A stretch of 64,000 nucleotides of DNA. Source: Negaprion brevirostris. Taxonomy: Eukaryota. Below, in pieces: positions 24,606 to 37,939 of this stretch. The translations under genes were made by a program, and so were the position numbers. Numbering within the stretch: position 1 is the first letter of the stretch; the number at the start of each line of letters is the position of its first letter. The stretch covers positions 30,813,337 to 30,877,336 of the forward strand of contig JARDVH010000193.1 in assembly GCA_030324005.1 (NCBI GenBank). The letters run 5' to 3'. The notes under the pieces are model-generated. The model did not search any database. It was not told where the DNA came from and saw only the letters and a program-made list of their open reading frames with translations.

Positions 24606-27121
24606 ACCTTGTTGGTCTCAATTTTAATTTTAAAGTTAATTATATTTTCAATGATCAATTTAGTCCCTGAATTTGTCAAAAAAGTCACTCAAGAGATACA
24701 AAGCAATGAATCTGTGTTAATGGGTTTAAAATAATCAAGACACATATATGTACATTCTGCTCAGCTTGTTGGCTCACATGTTTATTTATATATATGATAT
24801 ACATTGATTTGTACTAAAATAACCGTTAAACTATATTATCAATATCGAATCAAGCAAATTCATTGAGAAAATTCAACAGCATATAAATATTCTGAAAAGA
24901 TGCTCATGAATAAATAAAGGAAATTCTGAATATTTCTTAACAAAAGTAGATTCCTTTTTTAAAAAGCAGTACATTGTGCTCTTTTGCTCACACGTTCTGG
25001 TCACCTCCACATTCTGGTCATCTCCACAAGGTCCATGGAGAATCACTGATTGATCTCCCTGTGGGGCTCATTGAGTTCCCCTGGTAACTGGCTGTGGTCT
25101 GCCTAGCTGGAACTCATTACCTGAGCCTTTTATAAGGCAGACCCAGGACTGGGCCTGCTAAACAGTCATCCTAGGCAGGGACTAGTGTGTGTATACCATG
25201 GTATGGTTTTACTTTGTGTTCTGTAATATACTATGTTCATTTCCAGTCAGACATCCTGAATAATTGCACATACATAATTTTTTACCATGTGCTTTTAGTA
25301 ATAGCCTGCTATCAACTTACAACCTTACAATGAAACAGCTTCAATTCTTTCCCTTCCTGCAGTTGATAATGTCCAGGATTGAAACACAGGATTTTTCTGC
25401 ATGCAGCTTGTTTTGCTGATCAGTTTTAATGGTATTTTATCTGATTAAATAAAACTGTTCGTAAAGAACAACTGAACATAGTTTGACTAAATTGTTTTTA
25501 TCTGCCCATCACCCAGTTTGACTGTGACACTTGCGTCCCTCCTTCAATTGTCCCAAAAAACATCTTCATCTTAAAATCACAAATCATTATCAGGTACTTG
25601 AGAAGTGTAGCTCGTTATTTCTGACACAGAATAGAGTACCTGTAACCTTTTAAACCCACCTTGTAAGACGCACGTTCACCGACTTCTCAGAAATACAACA
25701 GTTATCTACCAGCAAGGAAAAACTGTTCCCCTCAGACTTTGGAATCTTACTGTCTGCCGCCCCACATCCTCCCGCAGGCTAAGCTTGGATTGGGAGCCTG
25801 GCAATCTCAGCCTCTTAATTTTCCTGGACCAGGTCCTGCAACTCCTTAGGACAATTTTCCCTTTTTATTCAAAACACTGGTCTCTGTGTTCTCTTTTCTT
25901 TTAAAAAAAAACTTTGTAACAACACTTTTTTTTAACTCAAGTGCCAGCTTCCTTTAAACTCAAAATTACAACTCTTTTCTCTGAGAGTTAATTTCTCCAT
26001 ATTTCTAATCTTTTGATTGTATTGGCTAACCCAGGCTCATTTTGTATCCATTCTTTAGGGTCTGGTAACATCACAACATCTCACTTAGTCTATCCACGTA
26101 GAGGCAGGCATTCAGGTGACTATCTTTTTTCTTCAGATTTCAATCAAAGCAGAATATTCATAGGTGTCGGGCCACAGGCAGTGTTCTCATAATTCATCCC
26201 ATCCTTGTCACCAATGCAATGATGCACACTCACAGATTTCCAGAAACATAAAAACTATTAATTAATTAGGAAAAACTGGACGGAGGCCAGGAGTAGCCCA
26301 TCGGCTGATCCAATCCCTACACGCCTTCTACGTGTCTTCAGATTGTCTTCTGCCTAAGAGAGAGCACAACCCCCTGGGGTGATTACCCACTCTTGTCCTC
26401 ATTGATCCCCCAAGTCTGGTGAGCCTCTTCTACTGTGTTGTCCTTAAAGGGACAATCACTACACACCTCAGGTTGTACAAAGCTTGTGGTGTAGCGCTAT
26501 GTTAAATTGCTACTTCAGACTCCATCAATTACCATGACAAACAAAAACACTAAACGTTCAACACCATGGAGCAGTAATGCCATAATCTAGTCCTAGATCT
26601 ACACCGATCTTGCATAGAAACATGATCAAGTACATTCATTGAAAATCAATGTATTCCAATGACTGAACCCAGGCTCTCACTATGTGTGTTTTCCAATCTG
26701 TTCATGGTGTGACATGGTTGTTTCATTTGGTAGTGTTATTGCAATCACTGCATATTTCTAATTAATGCAGTTCACAGCACTAATAATTCCACCTCCTTGC
26801 CTACAGTAAGGCAGATTGAGGATGGGGTGTGGGTTGAATGTCGTCCTGGCTTAGGGTACACTGAAACAACACAGCAGTAGCATTAATGAAAGCTGGGTAG
26901 GACTTTCTATGTGATGTCCTCTGAATGTTACAGAAGACTACTACATACTCCCATTTTACAGCAGTCCCTGACCCATAACCCTATCCCTTCCTGTGCAACC
27001 TTCTGTGCGGATGGAAGTACTGTCCCTTTCTTTATGAACAAGATTTTGTCCAATTCAATGTTGTGTTAGAGGTAGAAGTCTCCAGCTATTTTGGAGGCTC
27101 TTATCTAAGCCTCTGATTTAA

Positions 27122-27330
27122 GAAACCAAAAGAGAAAGTGCTGGAAAATCTCATCAGGTCTGACAGCATCTGTANNNNNNNNNNTGATGTTTTGAGTCCA
27201 GATGATTCTTTATCAAAGTGGGCTTTGGTACATCTCTTTTCTTTCCTTATAGATACTGTCAGACCTGCTGAGATTTTCCAGCATTTTCTCTTTTGGTTTC
27301 ATTCCAGCATCCTCAAGAATTTGCTTTTAC
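27122..27330. mobile_element. Penelope-like termini in inverted arrangement
   Basis: 53-bp inverted arms 27122-27174 / 27248-27300 (4 mismatches), with a minus-strand hammerhead relic between them. Confidence 0.8.
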
Positions 27331-28480
27331 TCTGAAGTAAGACTATAGAATTCCCCTTATTTGGTCAATTGCAATATTGGTATAGGCCACGTTATAACTG
27401 TTGTCCCTTTCTGGATGAAGAAACCTTGCTAGCATTATAGGTCATGACTTCAAAGAATAGCTCTGATCACCAATTAATATTTGACTCCAATTTCGAAGGA
27501 GTGGTATGGTAATTTGCTATATAATGCTTGCATGATTACAGTTTCAAGCATATTGGACACTCGCCTGCTGTATCGGGCAATTGGCATCACACACTAACTG
27601 TCCAGAATTATAAAATTGATGCAATCTCATATGNNNNNNNNNNNNNNNNNNNNNNNNNNNNNNNNNNNNNNNNNNNNNNNNNNNNNNNNNNNNNNNNNNN
27701 NNNNNNNNNNNNNNNNNNNNNNNNNNNNNNNNNNNNNNNNNNNNNNNNNNNNNNNNNNNNNNNNNNNNNNNNNNNNNNNNNNNNNNNNNNNNNNNNNNNN
27801 NNNNNNNNNNNNNNNNNNNNNNNNNNNNNNNNNNNNNNNNNNNNNNNNNNNNNNNNNNNNNNNNNNNNNNNNNNNNNNNNNNNNNNNNNNNNNNNNNNNN
27901 NNNNNNNNNNNNNNNNNNNNNNNNNNNNNNNNNNNNNNAGACTCGATGGGCCAAATGGCCTCTTTCTGCAGTGTAGGGTTTCTATGATCCTAGCCTTGGC
28001 CTTCTGCAGAATTGCATAGCTCTCTCTTGAATTGGGAGGCTATTAATTATCTAGATCTTCTGATTAGAGCATCAGTTACTTTCTTGATATATATTGACCT
28101 GCTGATTGACTTATGCAGCATTTGCTGCCTAGAAGGATCCAGTTGAAAAGAAATTTGCAGCATGCAGATCTTCATCTAGCAGTTGACGTATCTTCACAAT
28201 CATGTCAGGTGGGTGAGAGATGGTGGGGAAAAGGCCATTAACAGCCATCTGAGATTGAAATATTCAAAGATTTCTGACGATGTGGTATATCGGTGTACTC
28301 ACGCTGCCATGATGCTGTATATTAGGATTCCTACCGGAAAATCAACTTTCATCGTGAAAAACTCCACTTTCTGCTAATGAAAGAGGGCAGTAAAGGTTTT
28401 GACAGATTCTACAGAGGACCAAATTGATGCGGGGTTAATCTTCAACAAGGAAGATGCCTTCTTCAGAGTTATATTAATCA

Positions 28481-28755
28481 GCGTGGCACAGTGGTTAGTA
28501 GGGGCCTGAGTTTGAATCCCGGCTTGGGTCACTGTGCGGAATCTGCACGTTCTCCCCATGTCTGCATCAGTTTTCCCCTAGGTGCCCCAGTGTCCTCCCA
28601 CAGTCCAAAAAAAGTGCTGGTTAGGTGCATTGGCCATGCTAAATTTTCCCTCAGTGTACCCGAACAAGCGCTGGAGTGTGGCAGCTAGGGGATTTTCACA
28701 GTAACTTAATTGCAGTGTTAATGGAAGCCTACTTGTGACTAATAAATAAACTTTA
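28481..28755 (+). mobile_element. HE1-head SINE with alternative tail
   Basis: Tail GCAGTGTTAATGGAAGCCTACTTGTGACTAATAAATAAAC. Confidence 0.9.
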
Positions 28756-29631
28756 GCTGTAAGCTCTATATTGTCACTTATGTACTGGTGGTAATAATTT
28801 GGACAGAGTTTAGAATAAAGATTGGGAGAAATGGAAGTGGAAAATGTGAGTCACATCCATTTAACTCTATTTAACTTTAACAAATGGCTTAACAGTGGGT
28901 GTTAAAGGGGCTTGTCAGATTTTCCAGGCATCTTTTTGTAATGGTTTCCAGGAAATGGCCATTACAATTTCATTTTGCCTAATTTTGTGCCTCAAAATGG
29001 ACAATAATATAGTATATTAGGAGGTAAAGCCTATGTGTCCATTTAATAATCCTTGTCAGCTTTCCTTTACAGAGGAATCTCTGTCAAATCATACAGCTGT
29101 TAATGCTATTTGGGATAATGTGACTTAAATTTCCTTAAGTTGACAGAATTAAATTACAGTCTGCTCAATTCTGAACACAACATACTTAAAGCTGTCATAT
29201 CAATTTATTGTTATTAAAGGACAAAGAACTGACCAAAATTTAACTTGTGACTCTTTATAAATCTCAACATTTGGGGCAATCTGCATTTTGATGAGGGATC
29301 AGCTCAAAATTCAATTGACCAAGATTTGTTCCTAAAGTTATTAATTAAAATATAAATGGAACAAGAACAGTTCAGCATTGTGTCTGCTTTGTAAAATGTA
29401 ACCTCCCGTGACAATGTATTTCTTACTTTTATAAATTATGAAAACCTCCAGAATTGAAATAAAATGAAATATGCAAAGTTGCCATTACACCACTGGCTTC
29501 CACCTTCTTCTTTTCACAGCACTTCCTAGAAAATGTTCATGCAATTCACCTGACTGTAGATCCTCATAAATATTTTATTTTGTTTTAGTGGACTGCCAGC
29601 AATGTCTCCTCGAGTTCCCTCCTTTATTTCA

Positions 29632-30228
29632 TACTTAGAATCACAGAATTGTTACTGTGCAGAAGGAAGCCATTTGGTCCATCATGTCTGTACCAGCTCT
29701 CCAAATGAGCATTGTTACTTAGTGGCATTCTCCTGCCTTTTCCCGGAACCTTGCACATTGTCTGAATAGAAACAATCTCCTAAATAGCCCCTTGAATGCC
29801 TCAATGGAACTTGTCCAGTGCATTCCGGACTCAAATCACTCATTTTGTGAAAAAAAATTTTTTCACATCACATATGATCCTTTTGTAAATCATTTCAAAA
29901 TGGTTTCCTCTCATTCTCAATCCTTTTATGAGCAGGAACACTTTCTCCGTATATACTCTGTCCAGCTCCCTTGTGATTTTGACCACCTTTATCAAATCTC
30001 TGCTTAGCCTTCTCCTCTCTAAGGAAAGCAGTTCCAATCTCTCCAACCTATCCTCATAACTGAAGTTTCTCATCCCTGGAACCATTCTTGTAAATCTCTT
30101 CAGCACTCTCTCCAATGCGTTCACATCCTTTCTATAGTGTGGAGCCCAGAACTGTGCACAGTACTCTGGTGAGGTCTAACTAGGGTCTGGTATAAGTTCA
30201 GCATAACCTCCTTGCTCTTGTGCTCCAT
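29632..30228 (-). mobile_element. CR1 LINE 3' end
   Basis: ALERVLKRFTRMVPGMRNFSYEDRLERLELLSLERRRL. Confidence 0.95.
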
Positions 30229-30349
30229 GTTGTGGGTTCAAGCCCCACAATGAAGAATTAAACACAAAATGTTGGCTGACACCCTGATACAGTGCTGAGG
30301 ATGTTTCAAGATGGCATCGGAGTGAGGTGACTTCTTGCAAGTTGTGCCT

Positions 30350-30533
30350 AGTATACCTTCTAATTCTACCTTTTACTCTTGTTCTATGCTTCTAAAACTT
30401 AGTTTTAACTCTTTTGCATCCTGCACTCTCTTTTTCCCTTTTCTATGAACGGTATGCTTTGTCTGTTTCACGTGCAAGAAACAATACTTTTCACTGTATA
30501 CCAATAGAAGTGACAATAATAAATCAAATCAAA
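30350..30533 (+). mobile_element. Rex1/Babar 3' tail
   Basis: CAAGAAACAATACTTTTCACTGTATACCAATAGAAGTGACAATAATAAATCAAATCAA, as at 7679-7737. Confidence 0.75.
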
Positions 30534-31290
30534 GGGAGTACTTCACTGACAGAACTTCAATCATTCAGTTGAGATTGAGGGGGAATAATAATCCATATTA
30601 ATAATTATGGAGGAAAATGGCAGGCATATCAATAACTGTCCAGTGAAAGGGTTAATAGAGACAAGTCACAAAGGCTACAAAATATTTAACTGCAGCTAAT
30701 TCTAGACATCTGACCTTCAGTTAAGAAAGGGAGAAAGTTGTTATGCTGGGAAAGGCCTTTAAACCAGGCAGTTGGAAAAGGGAGTTGATTCCTGTTCTAA
30801 CATTCAGACACAGCTGGGATGTTTAAAGATAGTTGATAACAATACCCCATTGATGCAATTAAAAACCACATGCCGATTGGATATTACAATTCAGCAAGTG
30901 GTTGTGATTGGTTTTAAAAACTGTACTTTATAGATGATGTAACCTTTATCAATGAATGTGAGTGGATAGAGATATCTCCCAAACTTTTGTTGACATATGC
31001 TAATAACTTGTGATCAAATTTGCTTATGTAGTTCAGATTTTTTCACTTTGAATGGTATGAATGACTTAATTCAGGGTCCTATAGCTATAGCCTTTAATAA
31101 ATTCATCTTAAAACCACTCTGTGACTTGAGGGGAATGATAGTTTTCAATGCACTAAGAAAACCATCCTGACAGCCCCATAACAGAGATGTTGAAACAAAG
31201 CACCGCATGCTGTCTCAAGTGGATGCAATGGTTCCCAGGACACTCTAACAAAAGTAGACAAATCCTCCAGTGGCCTGTGCAACATCTATA

Positions 31291-31406
31291 ATGATGTGGG
31301 TATGCCGGCGTTGGCCTGGGATAAACACAGTAAAAAGTCTGACAACACCAGGTTTTAGTCCAACCAAATCGGTTGGACTAAAACCTGGTGTTGTCAGACT
31401 TTTTAC
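31291..31406. repeat. Penelope-derived terminus folded into a perfect inverted repeat
   Basis: Arms 31330-31365 and 31371-31406 are exact reverse complements (36/36); loop AAATC. Confidence 0.9.
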
Positions 31407-33540
31407 AACATTTATAATATCAGTAAAGCAGATTATCTGGAGCGGATCAAATTGCTGTTAGTGTAACCTTGTTGTATACAATTTGGCTGCTATGTTTTCT
31501 ATCATAGAATAATGATTATGCTTTAAAAACACTCGATTGGCTGCAAGAGCTTTGAGATATCCTGAGGTTGTGATGAGTGTAACATCAATGCATCTCTTTA
31601 AGTATTGTATATATTAACACATCTCATCAGCGATATTCATTAATTTATAAGTTAGAGCATTTCTCACTTAAGGATTCTTAATCAGCAAACGTTCTATGAA
31701 AGATTGTACAACTAAAGTATATTCTGTTGTCCATGGGAAGGAATTGGAATTGCCCAGTTAAAGCTCCAAACTGAATTCCTGCACAAACGGCAGCATATTA
31801 TTGAGACCACTTGGCAGATGGCTGTTTTGGTAAGTAAACTGCTTCAATTTTCCATTTTTAAAAATAGTATTGAGGTTCCCTTTAAAAGAGACCTATATTT
31901 ATCACCTTTCCCAAACAGAATTAAATCAGGCATAATGTTTATAGGATAGATACCATGTTGAGCTCTGTGCAGCCTATCATTGTGATGAATGTGTCAATGC
32001 AAAAATGTCACAGACTTGGTGCATATATGCAGCCGTGTACTAACAACAAGATGGCATTCCTCTGTGTATTTTGATGTATCGCTGAAAATATTTAAACTTG
32101 TCTGAAAGATTAATGGTGGCAAAACATATTTTAATCACAATAACTTTCTGAGGAGCTCTCCAGGCCGGCAGGATAACAGATTGAGACTCAGTAAATTTGG
32201 TACCCAGGTTCAATGATGAAAAATTCTCTTCAGTTACTATGCATAATTTGTCATTTAGCTTTACTTCAGAAGGGAACATTTCCATTTCATCTTTAGAAGA
32301 GCTTGTTTTCATACAAGGTGAACAGCTACATCAAAACCAGTTGCAGAGAAAATGAATCGCTGTTGCTTTTATAGAATGAATAACCTGTGTAAATATACAC
32401 ACAGAAGGTACAAAAAAAAAGATGCATTTGCATTGCAGTGTGCACTTGTTTCATTTCAATAATTACTTGCAAACCAAACAGCAGCTGGGGAAGAAAAGTT
32501 ACCTCCCCCACACACACAAATTATGGTGCCATGATTTTTACCCTAGTGTGTTGATTACTTCAAATAAAACCGAGCAGATTTGCCCTAGCCTAGGTCAATT
32601 CAAATTACAGGAACACTTTTGGATATATTATTGTTATTACTGTTGCTACAAAAATGCAATCCGGACCTCAGTGATCACTTTGAATTATTTATCGAGGGAG
32701 ATGCTAAGTAATATGTGTGCATTCCCTTTTTGTTTACAGATTTTGTTTCTCTTTAATCACCAGTGATTCTTCTTTGGTATTTCATACAGTCAGTCGGCCA
32801 GTACACTCTCTCATAACACAGGGGCATTGCACAATGTACTATTTGAATTGCCTTTGGTAGATACAATAGGCAAAGTCTATCACAATAAAAAGGATCACTG
32901 GTGAATGCCTGAAATACTACGAGATTTATCGTCGCTTTAAAGGATAGTAGTAATCACTATAGAAACCAATAATGGAAATGCAGCAAATCCAATCACTATT
33001 GGAGGAGGTTGAGACTATATTTTTTTGTTAACATAAAGTATTTCAATCACCTCATAACAACTAAAATCCTTTAATAGCATTTTTTATAATTAAAATAGCT
33101 ATCAGCATATTAAAGGCATGGCTGACTTTAGAGTGCAAACAGTGATAATAACTTACATTTCTATGGTTCTCATTTGCCGAAAGTTATCTCTGAGTGTTTT
33201 ATATTAAGGAGGATAAAGCAGCAAAGGCTAAGCAGGAATAGTAAACTAAAATTAGAGGGAATTGCAGTGAGAGGCAAAGGCATAGAATGATAACATTGAT
33301 AATACACGAGGAGATTTATTTAGTCTCTCATATTTTTGCTCATCCTCTGAAAGTTATCAGCTTAGCCCCACACTTCTACTTTTTCCAAAACCTTTTTTTG
33401 TTTTTTTTCAAAAACTAATAGAAAATTTGCTCCCACCACTATTTATGCATTCTCTGTCCCAACAACTCCCTGCACGATAAGTAAATTCTCCTCTGATTAC
33501 TTTGGTGATAACCTTAAATTTATCAACTTCAGTTCACTAG

Positions 33541-33912
33541 GGCGGCATGATGGCACAGTGCCTCACAGTGCCAGAGCCCTGGGTTCCTGGCTTGGATCGC
33601 TCTGTGTGCAGAGTGTCCTCATTCTCCCTGTGTCAGCATGGGTTTCCTCCGCATGCTCCGGTTTCCTTCCACAGTCCGAAAGATGTGCTGGTTAGGTGTA
33701 TTGGTCATGCTCAATTTTCTGACAGTGTATCTGAACAGGTACTGGAATNNNNNNNNNNNNNNNNNNNNNNNNNNNNNNNNNNNNNNNNNNNNNNNNNNNN
33801 NNNNNNNNNNNNNNNNNNNNNNNNNNNNNNNNNNNNNNNNNNNNNNNNATTTTCAGAATAATTTATTTGTAGTATTAATGTAAGCCTACTTGTGACACTA
33901 ATAAATAAACTT
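33541..33912 (+). mobile_element. HE1-head SINE with alternative tail (gapped)
   Basis: Head GGCGGCATGATGGCACAGTG; tail TAAGCCTACTTGTGACACTAATAAATAAAC. Confidence 0.85.
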
Positions 33913-34214
33913 AACTTCAGCAGTTCCCTAAGCTGGCTTCCCCAGCTTCCCCTGTCAAAACCCAATATAATTTTAAATTCCCGTCAAGTCTTCTCTTTAC
34001 TTTCTTTGTCCAATGAACAAAACACCAGTTTCCCTAATTTCTCCTCAGAATTAAAATCTCTCATAACTGATAACATTTTGCAAAGTCTCCTTCCCATTCT
34101 ATTTATGGCCTTGATACCTTTTCAGCAGTAAAGCATCCAAAACTGGAAATGATGTTTTATTTGCAGCTGAACAAATTATTTTCATGGCTTGACTATATTT
34201 TTTGTACCATTGAA

Positions 34215-35330
34215 GCTAAGAAGTGTTATAGTACAGAAAGAGGCCATTCAGCCCATCGTATCTACACTGGCCATAAAAGAGAAAAAAGAAACTAGCCACT
34301 CATTTTAATCCCATTTTCCAACACCTGGTCCATAGCCTCACAGATTCCAGCTTCAGATGCAGATCCACATACCTTTTAAATGAATGTTTGAGCTTCAACC
34401 ACCACTTTAGGCAGTGAATTCCATATACCCACTGTCCTCTGGATTAATATGTTCGACATGTCCCCTCTAATTTTTCTACAAATCAACCAAAGTTTATGCC
34501 CTTGGTAATTGTCCCTCAGCTTTGTTTGCCTTCCCCAAATGCATTGCCTGTTTCCTTTCTAGGTTGAATTCCATTTGCCGTTATTTTGCCCACTCAACTA
34601 AACCATTTACATCATTCTGGAGAAGACAGCTATTCTGTTCATTATCCATTAACGGCCAACTTTTGTGTCATCTGTAAATTTCCCAATCATATCTCCCACA
34701 TGTAAGTCTAAATCATTAATATATACAATGAACANNNNNNNNNNTTTCCATTTGCAAAAACTTCCATCGATCACTACCCTTTATTTGCCATCATTGATCT
34801 ACGTTTGGATCCAACCTGCCACCTTCCTTTGTATCCCCTGGGATCTCACTTTTCTGACCAGTCTGTCATGTGGGACCTTGTCAAATGCCCCACTGAAATG
34901 TATGTAGACAAAATTCACTACGCTACTTTCATCAACTCTCCTTATTACTTCCTCAAAAATCTCCATTAATTTAGTAAGACAAGATCTTCCTCCAGCAAAA
35001 CCATGCTGACTATCCCTGATCAATCTGTGTCTTTCTAAGAGACATTTTATCCTATATGGCAGAATTGTTTTCAATAATCTGCCCACCACCAAAGTCATAC
35101 TGACTGCCCTATATATTCGGGCTTATCCCTTTTAAATTATAATATAATGCTTGCAGACCTCCAATCCACCTGTTATTTGCTCGCTGGCTTCCTTCGACAA
35201 CCTGGATACAATTCATCTGGCCCAAATGATATCCACCTTCAAGGAAGAACTGCCTCTCTCTTGCTTATTGTATCTAATATTTCACACTCTTTTTTGACTA
35301 GAATGTCTGCACCCCTTTCCTTAATCTAGG
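34215..35330 (-). mobile_element. CR1 LINE with RT-domain remnant
   Basis: LIRDSQHGFAGGRSCLTKLMEIFEEV...VYIHFSGAFDKVPHDRLVRKV. Confidence 0.95.
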
Positions 35331-35475
35331 CAGAAATAAAGTGCCCATCGAGAATCCTACCCACATCTTCTGAATCAATTCTGTTATCATATACATCTCC
35401 AATAGGCTCTTGGGATTTTCTTCAATTTTACCTGCCAAAATTTCTTCATATCCTCTTTTTGTGTCCTATTCATCT

Positions 35476-35652
35476 GGGGTAATTCAGCATGGCCAATCCA
35501 CATAACCAGCTCATCTTTGGATTGTGGGAGGAAGTCAGGGCCCCTGGAAGAAGCCCACACAGACATAGAGAGAACGCACAAACTCCACACAGATAATCGC
35601 CCAAGGCCAGGATCGAACTGGAGTCTCTGGCACTGTGAGGCAGCAGTGCTAA
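35476..35652 (-). mobile_element. HE1-type SINE 5' half
   Basis: GGCACTGTGAGGCAGCAGTGCTAA head on minus strand. Confidence 0.85.
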
Positions 35653-35759
35653 ACAAGCTGCCTGTCACATTCGCTCTTCTAACTCCCTTCCACTATTTGG
35701 AGGTCTGTAGTACAGTCCCAGCAGTGTGGCTGCCACTTTTTTATTTCTGAGATAAACCT

Positions 35760-36920
35760 ATATTGCCTCATTTGATGCTTTGTTTAGTATATCATCCCTC
35801 CTTACAGCTGTAGTTGATTCTTTAACCAATAATGCTCCACCCCTACCTTTTTTATGCCCCTCCCTATCATGCCTGAAAACTCTATATCCAGTGACATTTA
35901 GCTGGCATTTATTCCATTATAGTGATGGTATCATGCTGCCATGTGTCTATCTGTGCCCTCAGTTCATTGGCTTTATTTAGTGTGCTCCTTGCATTTACCT
36001 ATGTACTTTTTAAACACTGCCAAGTTCCTGTGCTGTACACTTTTTAACCTGTGCTGTTTCTGCCTCTGAGTCACTCACTAATTCTCCATCTCTCATTGCC
36101 TGCTCTGAATTTGCCCTCAGGTTCCTATCCCTCTGCCCATCTAATTTAAACTCCTCCCTATAGCATCAGCAAATCTCTCTGCGAGGATGTTTGCCCCAGT
36201 CCTGTCTAGGTATTGGCCATCTGCCTTGTGCATGCCCCACTTTCCCCAGAGCTGGCCCTAGTTCTTTAAAAATCTGAGGTCCTCCCTCCTACACCAGCTT
36301 TCCAGCCATATGTTTAATCTCTCAATCCTCCTGTTTCTATACTCGCTTGCATGTGGGACTGGGAGAAATCATAAGATTACTGCTTTAGAAATCCCATTTT
36401 CAATCTTCTACCTTGCTTTCTAAAGTCTGCTTTCATGATGTCATTCCATTGCCTACTTCAGTCATTGGTAGCTATGTGGACCATGACCTCTGACTGATCA
36501 GCCTCCCCTCAAAAGAATGTCCTGCCGCTGTTCCATGACATTCTTGACCCTGACACGAGGGAGGCAACATACCATCCTGGAGTCACATCTACAGCCACAG
36601 AGAAACAGCTCTGCTCCCCTAACGCATGAATCCCCAGTCACTATTACTCCTCACCTCTTCCTCCTCCCTTCTTTTACAGCAGAGTTGCCTGTGGTGCCAC
36701 AAACCTGGCTCTGACTGCATTCCTCTGAGGAATCGATGCCCTCATCAGTATCAAAATGGAAAACTGATTTCTGAGCAGGACGTCAGGGTCTCCTGCACTA
36801 CCCGCCTAGTTTTCTTGGACTGCCTGGCAGTCACCCATTCTCTTTCTGCTTCCAGGCTCCAAGGCTGCGGTGTGAGCACCTTTCTGAAGGTGTTTTCCTT
36901 ATAGCTCTCAGCTTCACATA
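35760..36920 (-). mobile_element. CR1 LINE 5' region (ORF1 SGNH-esterase-like remnant)
   Basis: Minus ~36530-36645 encodes GDSCVRGAELFLCGCRCDSRMVCCLPRVRVKNV, resembling the CR1 ORF1 GDS...CCLPGARV motif. Confidence 0.8.
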
Positions 36921-37342
36921 TGTGCTAAAGTCACTCCAGCTGCCACATGAGCTCCAAAACCCAATATTTATAAAAGAAAGGATTCCACTGGCTTATTTTT
37001 GCAGCTTTATCAACTTGTCTTCCCATTTTGAAAGATGTGTGTATCTGAATATCTCAGTGTCTCTGTTCCTTGATTCCTTCTGTGATGTTACCATGCCTTT
37101 CAGGAATGTATTTACATCATTGTTCTTGTGAAGGATATGTTAAACGTCAACTCTGTTTAAATAGTGCCACTCTGTCTGCTCCAGGCAGCCCACATGCTGA
37201 GAACGGAGAAGAACAATCAAACATTTCCCAGAACTAAAGCCAAGTAATGAGGACCAGAAAATGTACATTGAATTCCATGGCAATCTGCTCCCAATTTCGG
37301 CAAAATGTACGCTGGAGGACTCCTTGCCCCCTGCAGACACAT

Positions 37343-37598
37343 TGGGTGGGATCCTACGATCTCGCCCTTCCTGAAACAACAAAATCCCATCCAAGATCAA
37401 TGGACTTCCCATTGTCCACCCCTCGCCCGTTCCGATTCCAGTAGCGGGTGGGGCAGTAAAATTCTGGTGTGCGATGGGACTTTACAGTCTTTGTCATCTC
37501 AAAACCATAAAATCCTGTCTGAGGTCAACTGTGTATTCCATTGTCCACCCCTCACCTTCTACAATCCCCCAGGCTGGTAGGGCAGTAAAATTCTGGCC
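37343..37598. mobile_element. Two tandem ~125-bp MITEs
   Basis: Both units contain CCATTGTCCACCCCTC and end GGGCAGTAAAATTCTGG. Confidence 0.65.
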
Positions 37599-37939
37599 AT
37601 TGCCTTAGTTCTTCTTTCCACCTACATCTTAAGACCTTAAGGTCCCCAACATTGCATTGGAATATTCTGGAACTCTCTGACTTATTGTTCCATTGTTTTT
37701 CTGTCCTACTTGTGCAAAACATTTTCAGAAACAATTCTAACACCTGTTTTCGCGTAATGCACCTCGACAAGGGGCTGGCTTTATGAAGTGCAGACCAGCG
37801 TTAACTCCTGTTGAAGTTGAACGTGAACTCGAGCCACTTGCTGTGCATTCATGGACCTAACATGAAGATGGCCAGCAGCAGAAAGTTTGTGTGTTGCCTG
37901 CATCAACTCGATCGGGCGCAGGATAATCACACATCATGA

